Shown: positions 8,697-18,047 of the stretch, one piece after another | Position numbering within the stretch: position 1 is the first letter of the stretch | Layout of the letters: each line of letters starts with the position of its first letter | Source: Syntrophales bacterium | GTDB taxonomy: Bacteria > Desulfobacterota > Syntrophia > Syntrophales > PHBD01 | Assembly (NCBI GenBank): GCA_963668175.1 | Contig: OY764159.1 | Coordinates: forward strand, 1,792,001-1,856,000 | Direction of reading: 5' to 3' | Length of the DNA stretch: 64,000 bases | Notes under the pieces: model-generated | What the model was told of the DNA's origin: nothing | Databases searched by the model: none | What the model saw: only the letters and a program-made list of their open reading frames with translations | Program-made: the position numbers and the translations under genes

Positions 8697-9925
8697 GAAA
8701 ATCTTGCAACCCCCCGGAACCACATGTGTCCATGGGGTGCTCCCGGATGCGCGGCGTGAAAATGACGGTGAATGGGTCAGGCGGACCGGATGCAGCGGCA
8801 GGGCTTCCGGTTCTCCGCGGCTATTTTTTACTTTCCCCGGCAAACGGGATACGGACTTCGATTTCGTCCGGTTTCAGGGATGGTCCGGTAAAGGTGTCTT
8901 CAGTATGAAATAAAGGGAAGGGAGACGAAAGATAGACGGCACTATCCGCAACGGCAGGGCATATAAGGCCGGTACGATGTGAATCGGGCTCGGCGTGAGA
9001 TATCAGAAGCCATTTCGAGATTCGTTGCGGGTGGAACGGCATCTTCGAACGCGCCTGTCGGGACGGTCTGACCCGGCGTATTGACCGTAATTGAAGCAAC
9101 GTGTTGTTCGTAGCGGAAGCGGTAAGGCGGATGCGACAATATCCGGGAGGCTGGTCCCGATGAAGAATCCGCTCATTTTCTGTTGGGGGTTTATATCGTT
9201 TCCCCGGCCTGTTTATCACCTTCCCGGATTCCGGAACGCCGGGAAACTATCATGCGTGATCCGGGGCGCCGTATGCCCGTTGTCCGCAACAATTGTGTAT
9301 CGTTTTCCCGGGAAGGGACAAATATGTCTTGTTTCCCAAAGACTTCATGAGAAGCCATCCGCCGCTTGACCTCGCGCCGTATCCGAAACAGTTCCAGCCC
9401 CTTACCGGTCTTCCTCGTCGCCTTCTCCGGGACGGCGACAGCGGATGGCACAGATCTTGATATCTAAAGTTACAAAGAGCGTATGAAGTCGCAGGCAGGG
9501 CGCGATGAGCCATGGCGATTCAGTGGAGCTCCGCTCGTTGCGGCGCAAAGGATGACCATTCTCTTATAGGTCGACGATCGGTCGGGTGCAGAACATATCC
9601 CGCGGCCGTTTCCGGATACGTCACGGAAGGCATGACGATGTCGCGGGGTCGGCAAAAGCTGATCGTCAACAGGGGCGGGGTATTCCGGCTTCGGAATGCC
9701 CCGATGAGAGAATGAAGGTTTGAGCGGGGTTGGGGAAGCTTAGCGCTTCAGGAAAGATTATCGTCCGACACGGGAGGTATGGTTGCAGTGAAAAGGGTAC
9801 GGCGGGATCAAGACGGGGCAGGCGGCGTAAAGTTAAAGAGGGAGTTCTTTCCTGATATTATGGAATTAACGGAATTATACTTAACACCGATTTCAAACGG
9901 CACTTGAAAAGATGTTTCTTTTCAT

Positions 9926-9953
9926 TCTAATATCTGATATATCAGATATTAGA
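9926..9953 (+). promoter_or_regulatory. 28-bp perfect palindrome (probable GntR autoregulatory operator)
   Basis: TCTAATATCTGATA/TATCAGATATTAGA about 30 bp upstream of the GntR gene; overlaps a TTGAAA-N18-TAATAT promoter-like spacing. Confidence 0.7.
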
Positions 9954-9980
9954 TATGAATAAACCGGTGGGAGGTGTGTT

Positions 9981-10679
9981 GTGATGTCAGTGTTGAGGAA
10001 TATCGATATTCCAAGTTCTTTGAAAACTATGGCGTTGGAGTTGATTAAAGAGGCCATCCTCTCGCAAAGACTCAAGCCGGGGGAGATTTATAACGAGAAA
10101 AGGCTGGCGGAAGAGCTCGGGATTTCTAAAACGCCCGTCAGGGAGGCCCTTCTGGAGCTGTCCGCCAAAGGATTCATCGTTTTCCTTCCCCGCAGGGGCA
10201 TACGGGTGGCAAAAATGACGGAGAAGGATATCCGGGACCTGTATGAAGTCCGCAGGGCTTTGGAAATGGCTATCATCCGCTGCATTGTGCCTAAAATAAA
10301 CAAGAAAATGCTGGATAAGATAAACGCCATTCACAAGAAAGGTGAGAAGGCTTTCAAAGATAAAGACAATCTCGGCTATCTTCGGATCGATCGGGAGTTT
10401 CATTTCGCCCTGTCAAGTCTTACCGAGAACCCGTTCATGGTCAACTCTTTGGAGAATATTCGCGATCTGATTGACTGGATGGGCGCGAGGGCGCTGGTTA
10501 AGCAATCGCGCATGAGCGAGGTGCAGGACGAACACGAGGATATCATCAGGAAGATAGGCGATAAGGATCTGGAAGGCGCTGTTCAGATGATCGAACAGCA
10601 CATTAAAATAACGGAAGAGAACGTTTTGGAACAACTCAAAAAGGAGGAGATGCGATTAAGAAAAAAAAGCAACCATTAA
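9981..10679 (+). CDS. GntR-family regulator (FCD domain)
   Basis: LKPGE...LAEELGISKTPVREAL..L; EVRRALE; DREFH; GGGAGG RBS. Confidence 0.92.
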   Translation: MMSVLRNIDIPSSLKTMALELIKEAILSQRLKPGEIYNEKRLAEELGISKTPVREALLELSAKGFIVFLPRRGIRVAKMTEKDIRDLYEVRRALEMAIIRCIVPKINKKMLDKINAIHKKGEKAFKDKDNLGYLRIDREFHFALSSLTENPFMVNSLENIRDLIDWMGARALVKQSRMSEVQDEHEDIIRKIGDKDLEGAVQMIEQHIKITEENVLEQLKKEEMRLRKKSNH

Positions 10680-10740
10680 TCACTTAATCAACCGGAAATG
10701 TCATCAGAATTAATAAATACGCCTTTGAAGGAGTTGGGTT

Positions 10741-11886
10741 ATGTCAGAAATATTCGAATACATGGATGAGTTTGGTCCCGAGAAGATCTTGATTGTGCAC
10801 GATACGAAGACAGGTATGCAAGGAATGGTCGTGATCGACAATACGGCACGCGGTGTCGGAAAGGGAGGGTGTCGTATGGATGCGAACATGACCCTCCATG
10901 ACTGCTTCAGGCTGGCAAGGACGATGACCTGGAAATGGGCCATGGCCGATATCTTTCTGGGAGGCGCGAAGGCCGGCATAAAGAACGATCCGAAATCCCC
11001 GTTTAAGGAGGAGATCATCCGGGCATTCGTAAAGAAGATCCGCAAATTGCTTCCCGACGAATATGTCTTCGGAAACGATATGGGATTCGCCGAGAAAGAC
11101 GGAGCGATTGCGCTTGATGAAGCGGAGGATATGAAAACGGCCGTAGGCACGCCTGCTGAATTGGGAGGATTGCCCTACGACGAACTGGGCATTACGGGTT
11201 ACGGGGTCGTCGAGGCCGCCGAATGCGCAGCACCGTATAAGAAAATCAAGCTGCCGAAGGCCACCGTGTCCATCCAGGGATTCGGCGCGGTCGGCGCTTT
11301 CGCGGCCAAATTCATCAGCGCCAAAGGGGCCAAGGTCGTGGCCATATCGTCCGTGGATGGTTCCCTGTACGATCCGAAGGGGCTCGACATCGCCCGGTTG
11401 CTGGAATTACGCGAACAACACGGGGATAAATGCGTGGCTCTGTACGGCAAGGGCCAGGCGATTCCCGCCGGAAAAGAACTTGAACTCGATGTCGACATCC
11501 TGATTCCCGGCGCCACGGGCGACGTGATCACGGAAAAGAATATGAAGAATGTCAAAGCGAAGATGATCGTGGAAGGGGCCAATTTCCCGACCAGCGAGGC
11601 CGCGCAGAAATATTTCCACAAAAGCGGGATCCTGGTTGTTCCCGATTTCGTAGCCAATGCCGGTGCCGTTATGGGCGCGGGAAAGGCCATGGACAACCGG
11701 TACTCGTGCGACATTCTGGAGCCGCAGGAAGTTTATGACACGGTGAAGAAGAAGATGTGGAAGAACGTCGCCATGGTTTTGGATGAAGCGACGTCGTCTA
11801 AGAACCTGCCGCGGGAAGTGGCCCTGGCCATCTCGAAAGAGCGGGTCCTTAAAGCCATGAAGCTGCGCGGGCGCCTTCCGAAATAA
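10741..11886 (+). CDS. Glu/Leu/Phe/Val dehydrogenase-family enzyme
   Basis: GKGGCRM, MTWK, GGAKAGI, TGYGV, QGFGAVG, EGAN, PDFVANAG. Confidence 0.92.
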   Translation: MSEIFEYMDEFGPEKILIVHDTKTGMQGMVVIDNTARGVGKGGCRMDANMTLHDCFRLARTMTWKWAMADIFLGGAKAGIKNDPKSPFKEEIIRAFVKKIRKLLPDEYVFGNDMGFAEKDGAIALDEAEDMKTAVGTPAELGGLPYDELGITGYGVVEAAECAAPYKKIKLPKATVSIQGFGAVGAFAAKFISAKGAKVVAISSVDGSLYDPKGLDIARLLELREQHGDKCVALYGKGQAIPAGKELELDVDILIPGATGDVITEKNMKNVKAKMIVEGANFPTSEAAQKYFHKSGILVVPDFVANAGAVMGAGKAMDNRYSCDILEPQEVYDTVKKKMWKNVAMVLDEATSSKNLPREVALAISKERVLKAMKLRGRLPK

Positions 11887-11961
11887 CGGATTTGTTGTTG
11901 GTCGATCCCAGAAATTTTGCAGTTCCATACCCAATATTGCATGGAGGGGGGATTCACATTC

Positions 11962-12756
11962 ATGTGCAGCGAAAGGCTGGAGAACGATCCGGTCAGGTTC
12001 CGCGACCGGGTCAGACAAGGTCAATGGCAAAAATCAACCAACGGGGTCTGCCCCGGTTACGTCCAGGCCAATCTCGTCATTCTGCCGAGTAAATATGCTC
12101 TGGATTTTACCATCTTTTGTTTACGGAATCCGCAGCCCTGCCCGATCATAGAAATCCTCGAACCGGGAAATCCGATTGTGCAGGAAGCGGCTCCCCATGC
12201 GGACATCCGCACCGATCTGCCGAAATACTGCGTCTTCAGGGATTCAATGCTGGTCGAGGAGAAAACGGAGATCGGCGATATCTGGCAGGACGACCTGGTG
12301 ACCTTTTTGATCGGCTGCAGCTATACCTTTGAAGAGGCCCTCGTCCGGGGAGGGGTTCCCGTAAAGAACTACCTCCGGCAAAAAGATCCCGGCGTCTATG
12401 TCACTTCGGTCATGTGCCGGCCGGCCGGAATCTTTGAAGGGCCGATGGTGGTCTCCATGAGACCGATTCAAAGCCGTCTTGTTTCACGGGCGGTTCAAAT
12501 AACCTCAAGATTTCCCAAGGCGCACGGAGCGCCGGTCCACGTCGGCGATGGAAAATCCATCGGAGTTGCAAGACTCGACAAGGTCGACTTCGGCGAGCCG
12601 CCCGAATTGGAGGCGGACGATGTGCCTGTTTTCTGGGGGTGCGGCATCACCCCGCAACTGGTGGCCATGAAATCGAGAATTCCGTTCATGATCACCCACA
12701 AAGCCTGCCATATGTTTGTTACGGATGTGAAGATAGAAGAAATGGCAACTTCCTGA
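11962..12756 (+). CDS. DUF1445 putative hydro-lyase (D-glutamate cyclase-like domain)
   Basis: PGYVQANLVILP, FC.RNPQPCP, DIRTDLPKY, FLIGCSYTFE, HGAPVH, FWGCGITPQ, ITH. ATG at 11962 with GGAGG RBS. Confidence 0.88.
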   Translation: MCSERLENDPVRFRDRVRQGQWQKSTNGVCPGYVQANLVILPSKYALDFTIFCLRNPQPCPIIEILEPGNPIVQEAAPHADIRTDLPKYCVFRDSMLVEEKTEIGDIWQDDLVTFLIGCSYTFEEALVRGGVPVKNYLRQKDPGVYVTSVMCRPAGIFEGPMVVSMRPIQSRLVSRAVQITSRFPKAHGAPVHVGDGKSIGVARLDKVDFGEPPELEADDVPVFWGCGITPQLVAMKSRIPFMITHKACHMFVTDVKIEEMATS

Positions 12757-13034
12757 TTTCCGGAATGTCAGGAAGACGATGATTAAAGAACGAAATTGAT
12801 ACGACCCCTCATATCACTTGGCGTTCACTGAAATTCGGAAGGGGGGTGGTTTTGGAAGAGCGGCAGGATATTAAAGAACCCTGATTTTGTCATTGATGCC
12901 TTCCAGATGACCCGCAAAGAAAAATACGACAACCGCATATAACACCAAAAGAATATTGGGGTGGTCATCCCTGCGGCTTCTACGCGCAGGAGGACCATTG
13001 AAAACCAACCAAGCCGATGTACGAGGAGGAAATA

Positions 13035-14288
13035 ATGAAACGAAGGGAAACTGCATTAGCGGTAATAGTTGCGATGATATGGGTGTTCATCGCCGTTGTG
13101 GGTGTCGGGGAATTAAATGCCGCAGACCAGAAACCGATACGTATCGGCGCCGTTTACGATCTGACCGGCGGGCTTTCCGTTTACGGCCAGGGGAGCAGCA
13201 TGACTGCAAAAGCCGCTATCGACCGGATCAATAAGATGGGGGGAATTGCCGGCCGTAAAGTGGAATATATCGTCGAGGACGGTGCTACCGATGCAACCAC
13301 GGGGCTCAGAAAATTTCGTAAGCTGGTTGAAAAAGACGAATGCGATTTCGTGCTGCTGAGCTGCAATTCCGCGTTGGGAATCGGGGCGCCGCCGCTGGCC
13401 AAGAAGTTCAATACGATCGTCTTCACCGAAGGGACCGCCCGGGATATCACGGGCTCGAAGGGAAACCGGTATGTCTTCCGGCAAATTGCCAATGCCGAAA
13501 TGGCGGCAATCGCCATGTCCCAGTTCGCGGCCAGGAATCTCGGGAAAAAAGCATACGGGATGGGTGCCGATTATGAGTGGGGGCACTCCGTTGTCGATAC
13601 GACGGAAAAGATTTTCAAACAGCTTGGGATAACGATGGCCGGGAAGGATTTCTCCCCGGTAGGGACAGTGGATTTTGTGCCGTATCTGAGCAAATTGCCT
13701 AAAGACATCGATTTCATCGTATCCGGATATTTCACGGCCGACGTCATCAAAATGACCAATCAGGCATGGGACCTCGGTTATCGGAAACCCATCTTCGTCG
13801 GCACCATTCAATCGATTCGCTATGCAGACCTCGGACCCGGCGCCGACCTGGTATGGTGCGGCACATACGGATCGCGAACGCTTGACGGCTTTCCAAAAGA
13901 GTTCAGAAATGCCCAGAAGGCCTATCGCGCCGCGGTCGGTATCGACGACGACGGCTGGGATAAATCCAAAAAGCTGAGCGCGGATTACATCTGGGCCGGC
14001 TGGGAAGGCGTCTACTGGATCAAGAAGGGCGTGGAAGACGGCCAATGGAAATCGAAGAAGGATAACCTGAAATTCATGAAGGCCCTGGAAGGCGCTCAGG
14101 TCAAGGCGGGAATCGAATTTCCCCAGGGGAGCAAAATGATGCGCGCACAGGACCATCAGGCCATTACCGACACGTATATTCTGAAGGGCGAAAAGGGAAG
14201 CATCGTGACCAAGGCCTGCATGAAAGGCAACGATGTTTTGAAGTACTACCCCGCGACGGTCGATTTTACGAAAGAAAAGGTTCAATAA
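13035..14288 (+). CDS. Branched-chain amino acid-type ABC transporter substrate-binding protein
   Basis: Signal peptide, PIRIG...LTG, INKMGGIAGRK, DYEWG, DF.PYL, RAQDHQA. Confidence 0.9.
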   Translation: MKRRETALAVIVAMIWVFIAVVGVGELNAADQKPIRIGAVYDLTGGLSVYGQGSSMTAKAAIDRINKMGGIAGRKVEYIVEDGATDATTGLRKFRKLVEKDECDFVLLSCNSALGIGAPPLAKKFNTIVFTEGTARDITGSKGNRYVFRQIANAEMAAIAMSQFAARNLGKKAYGMGADYEWGHSVVDTTEKIFKQLGITMAGKDFSPVGTVDFVPYLSKLPKDIDFIVSGYFTADVIKMTNQAWDLGYRKPIFVGTIQSIRYADLGPGADLVWCGTYGSRTLDGFPKEFRNAQKAYRAAVGIDDDGWDKSKKLSADYIWAGWEGVYWIKKGVEDGQWKSKKDNLKFMKALEGAQVKAGIEFPQGSKMMRAQDHQAITDTYILKGEKGSIVTKACMKGNDVLKYYPATVDFTKEKVQ

Positions 14289-14369
14289 CGTCAACATCAC
14301 CTCGGACGATCCTTCCTGCGTGACGCGCAGGAAGGACCGTTCCGCCTCTATGAATATTGGGCTAATTTT

Positions 14370-15230
14370 ATGATCACTACAATCGAAATAGCAATTATTA
14401 ACGGTCTCACATGGTCCTGTATCCTGGCGATGGTGTCTCTCGGGCTTACGCTTATATACGGTCAACTGAACGTCATCAATATCGCGCACGGAGCCATGTA
14501 TACGATCGGCGCCGTAACGGCCTTCTATGCCGCCAGTTATCTGGGGTCATGGTGGTATTCTCTGGTCGGCAGTTGTATCGTTATGGCCGTCATTGCGGCC
14601 ATTATATACATGACCACCCTGAAATTTCGCATTATCGGGCATCCCATTGCGGTGACGCTGATCATTTGTTACGGCGTGATGTTCATCCTGGAACAGATCA
14701 CCCTGCTGATTTTCGGCGGCGCACCAAGGCTTCTGCCCAATCCTTTGCCTTATTCCATCAGTTTTCTCGGGATACAGTATCCCGTTTATCGTCTCTTTGC
14801 GGCCGCCTTTTCCCTGGCCGTCGTCGGGTGCCTTATCCTCTTTCTGAAGAAAACGCGGATGGGCGTCTGGATCAGATCGACCAATCAGGATCAGGACACC
14901 GCTTCCGCCATGGGTGTTCCGGTATCCAGGGTTTATCTGATGACCTTCGTTTTAGGATCGATTCTGGCGGCCCTGGGCGGCACGCTGGTGGCCCCCATGA
15001 CCAGCATTACCCATTCCATGGGTGCCGAGGTCATCATCGACGCCTTTATCGTGGTCATCGTCGCCGGTTTCGGCAGTATTCCGGGAACCATTATCTCTGC
15101 ACTGATTCTGACGCTGAGCAGCGGTATATTCTCCGTTATCATGAACCCGACTCTGGCAAAGAGCGTTTCACTCGCGATCATGATTTTGATTCTTTATATC
15201 AAGCCCGAAGGGATCGTGTCGCAGAAATAG
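14370..15230 (+). CDS. livH: Liv-type ABC transporter permease (LivH-like)
   Basis: SLGLTLIYG..NVINIAHG, T..G..IR, GFGSIPG, KPEG. Confidence 0.88.
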   Translation: MITTIEIAIINGLTWSCILAMVSLGLTLIYGQLNVINIAHGAMYTIGAVTAFYAASYLGSWWYSLVGSCIVMAVIAAIIYMTTLKFRIIGHPIAVTLIICYGVMFILEQITLLIFGGAPRLLPNPLPYSISFLGIQYPVYRLFAAAFSLAVVGCLILFLKKTRMGVWIRSTNQDQDTASAMGVPVSRVYLMTFVLGSILAALGGTLVAPMTSITHSMGAEVIIDAFIVVIVAGFGSIPGTIISALILTLSSGIFSVIMNPTLAKSVSLAIMILILYIKPEGIVSQK

Positions 15231-15237
15231 GGAGGTA

Positions 15238-16188
15238 ATGTTCCAGATGAAAACCAAACTCTTGATTCTCATAATCGTAACGGCGGCTTTACTCGCAGCG
15301 CCGTTTTTTCTTGGAGACTACTACAAGGGGCTGCTTACGGAGGCGGTTCTCTTCGGTCTCTATTGTCTCGGCTTCGATATCATATTCGGGTTCACCGGGC
15401 TGCTCAATTTCGGCATAGCGGTCTTCTTCGGTTTGGGCGGTTATCTCATGCTGTGGAGCATCGTTCATCTCCAGACAGGCATATGGGGGGCGATGTTCCT
15501 CATGATCCTGGGGTCCGCCGTTTTTTCCTTTATCTACGGCATGGGCATCTCCCGCTTCAAAAGCCATTATTTCGTCGCGTTTACGATCGTTATCTCGATG
15601 ATCTTTTTCTACATCGCCATGGCTTTGCGCCCCATTACCGGCGGGGACGAAGGCCTGACTTTTGAAGTGCCGCCCCTGAATCTCGGGCTGGCGAGTCTGG
15701 AATATACGGATCTCGTCAGGTACTATTTCCCGCTGTTCATTGCCGGAGTAACGCTGGCCCTGGTCTGGCTATTCTTTCGAACGCCTTACGGGAAGGCGAT
15801 AGTCGCCGTCAGGGAAAACGAGGACCGCGCCAATATGATCGGCTATGATTCCACCAGGCTCAAGATTATCGCCTTCACGCTTTCGGGCACGATATGCAGT
15901 TTAGGAGGGGCTCTTTATGCCCTGCATATGGGATTCACCAGCGCCCATGCTTTCTTCTGGATATGGACGGCGCGGGCCGTGTGGTGGACGATCATCGGAG
16001 GCGTGGGAACGCTGTTCGGCGCATTTGTGGGGCCGGGTGTCCTGGTCTTCTTCGAGGACCTGTTGAGCAGTTGGAATTCGGATGTATATCTGATCGTGAT
16101 GGGCGTCATCATGATCCTGGCCATTATCTTCGCCCCGCAAGGCATAGTTCGGGTCGTACAGACCGCTCTTATAAGAAAAGGAAAATGA
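15238..16188 (+). CDS. livM: Liv-type ABC transporter permease (LivM-like)
   Basis: GFTGLLNFG, TGGDEG, G....AVRENE.RA..IG, GG.GT..G, PQG. Confidence 0.88.
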   Translation: MFQMKTKLLILIIVTAALLAAPFFLGDYYKGLLTEAVLFGLYCLGFDIIFGFTGLLNFGIAVFFGLGGYLMLWSIVHLQTGIWGAMFLMILGSAVFSFIYGMGISRFKSHYFVAFTIVISMIFFYIAMALRPITGGDEGLTFEVPPLNLGLASLEYTDLVRYYFPLFIAGVTLALVWLFFRTPYGKAIVAVRENEDRANMIGYDSTRLKIIAFTLSGTICSLGGALYALHMGFTSAHAFFWIWTARAVWWTIIGGVGTLFGAFVGPGVLVFFEDLLSSWNSDVYLIVMGVIMILAIIFAPQGIVRVVQTALIRKGK

Positions 16189-16189
16189 T

Positions 16190-16963
16190 ATGCAGCAGGT
16201 CATATTAAGAACAGAAGGGTTGCTCAAGCGGTTCGGCGGATTGCTGGCGACGAACGAAGTCAATTTCGAACTTCACGACCGGGAGATCAAAGGACTCATT
16301 GGACCGAACGGAGCCGGAAAAACGACTTTTTACAATCTGCTGACGGGCGTCTACAAGCCGGATAAAGGGAAGGTCTTCTTTTACGATGAAGACATCACCG
16401 GATTGCCGCCCCATAAGATTTGCAGGAAGGGACTTGTCCGTACGTATCAGATCACGTCCATTTTTCCCAAATTAAGCGTGTATGAGAATGTCCGGCTGTC
16501 GACGCAGATCGGTTTCGGCCACGGCGTCAGCCCGTTTTTCAGCATTTCTCATTTCGGCGACATTGCCAAAAAGGTCGACCATATCCTCGAACTCCTGGAG
16601 ATAGCATCCCTGCGGGATGCTCTGGCCGGGGAAATATCTCAGGGGGATCAGAGGCTCCTGGAAGTGGCCATCGCCCTGGGCTCCAATCCCAAGGCGCTGA
16701 TCCTCGACGAACCCACGGCGGGCCTCAGCGCTCACGAAACGGTCCAGTTGACGAAGAAGGTTCGCGACCTTTTCGATGAGGGCATTATCAACAGTATTGT
16801 TCTCGTTGAACACGATATCGACATGGTGGTCAGCATGGCCCATACGATTTGCGTCCTGAATTATGGAGAAGTCATCAAGGACGGACCGACGACGGCCGTA
16901 TGCAATGATCCGAAAGTGCAGGAAGTATATCTTTGCGGAGGATTGAAGAATGTTGGAGATTAA
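16190..16963 (+). CDS. livG: Liv-type ABC ATP-binding protein (LivG-like)
   Basis: GPNGAGKTT, LDEPTAG, VEHD. Confidence 0.9.
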   Translation: MQQVILRTEGLLKRFGGLLATNEVNFELHDREIKGLIGPNGAGKTTFYNLLTGVYKPDKGKVFFYDEDITGLPPHKICRKGLVRTYQITSIFPKLSVYENVRLSTQIGFGHGVSPFFSISHFGDIAKKVDHILELLEIASLRDALAGEISQGDQRLLEVAIALGSNPKALILDEPTAGLSAHETVQLTKKVRDLFDEGIINSIVLVEHDIDMVVSMAHTICVLNYGEVIKDGPTTAVCNDPKVQEVYLCGGLKNVGD

Positions 16964-17675
16964 TGACCTTCATGCGTTTTACGGGAAAAGCCATATCATT
17001 CACGGCGTGTCGTTCCATGTGAAGGAAAGGGACGTCATCGGTATTCTCGGGCGCAACGGCGTCGGCAAGACGACGCTCCTCAGATGTATCTTGGGATTGA
17101 TGCCGCCGAGAAGACAGGGGTCCATCAAATTTCTCGAACAAGAGATAGCCGCCCTGCCGGCGCACAAAATAGCGGAGCTGGGCACCGGTTATGTGCCCCA
17201 GGGGAGACGGATATTCCCCCAGATGACGGTTTACGAGAATCTGGTCATTGCCGCCAAGAAGGGGAAGGTCGATCACGCAGAACTCAAAAAAGTCTACGCC
17301 AACTATCCCATTCTCGAAGAAAAGAAAAACCAATACGGCGGCAATTTGAGCGGCGGGCAGCAGCAAATGCTGGCCATCGGGAGGGCGGTGATGTCCAAGC
17401 CGAAACTCCTGATCATCGACGAACCGACGGAAGGCCTTCAGCCGTCCATGGTCATTGCCGTGCGGGATACCATCAGGGATTTGTGTGAGGGCGGAATGAC
17501 CGCCATCATTGCCGATCAGAACCTCGAAAACATCATGGCTTTGTGCACCAAGGTCTATGTCATCGAGAAGGGATTGATCCGGTATGAAGAAGTCAGGGAG
17601 AATCTGAGTACGGAATTGCTTCACAAGTTCCTCGGCGTGGGCGTCTCCTGCGAAGCCCCCGGCCTGAAGTCATAG
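16950..17675 (+). CDS. livF: Liv-type ABC ATP-binding protein (LivF-like)
   Basis: GRNGVGKTT, LSGGQQQMLA, DEPTEGL. Confidence 0.9.
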   Translation: MLEINDLHAFYGKSHIIHGVSFHVKERDVIGILGRNGVGKTTLLRCILGLMPPRRQGSIKFLEQEIAALPAHKIAELGTGYVPQGRRIFPQMTVYENLVIAAKKGKVDHAELKKVYANYPILEEKKNQYGGNLSGGQQQMLAIGRAVMSKPKLLIIDEPTEGLQPSMVIAVRDTIRDLCEGGMTAIIADQNLENIMALCTKVYVIEKGLIRYEEVRENLSTELLHKFLGVGVSCEAPGLKS

Positions 17676-18047
17676 GAAAAATGCGGCAGAGCAGACAGGA
17701 ACGGATCTTTTCGATCTGCCCGCGGGTCTCACGTTCTCCGGCATGTCGATCAGGAACCGCACGCAGTCAACTCGGATACCGCTCAGGGGATGTCTCGTCA
17801 TTCATGGATCGATGGGAGATTGAAATATGTATGGCCGATTCGGAAGCCGGTTCCAGCGGTCGTTCTTTCCGGAAGCCCATTGATCCAGCCCCTGCGGAGG
17901 CGACAGGCCGTCCGTACGGACTGAAAAGATGCATCGATGCCGGAGAGGCGGCGGCACGTGTCGCAGTAAATTCTATGGGCGAATCCGTCAAGGCGGATCG
18001 TCCAATGAACAAAGAAGATATGAGGCATGAAAGGAGGAATTCAGATT

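Noticed and set aside
9191..9451. Short minus ORF with LELFRIRREVKRR, faintly like an ArsC C-terminus
   Set aside because: No catalytic motif or other support; cannot be distinguished from chance without BLASTX.
12749..12775. Possible Sec readthrough at the DUF1445 TGA (also the M24 TGA at 19704)
   Set aside because: The hairpins include the stop codon itself and lack SECIS spacing and apical GGU; the proteins already look complete.
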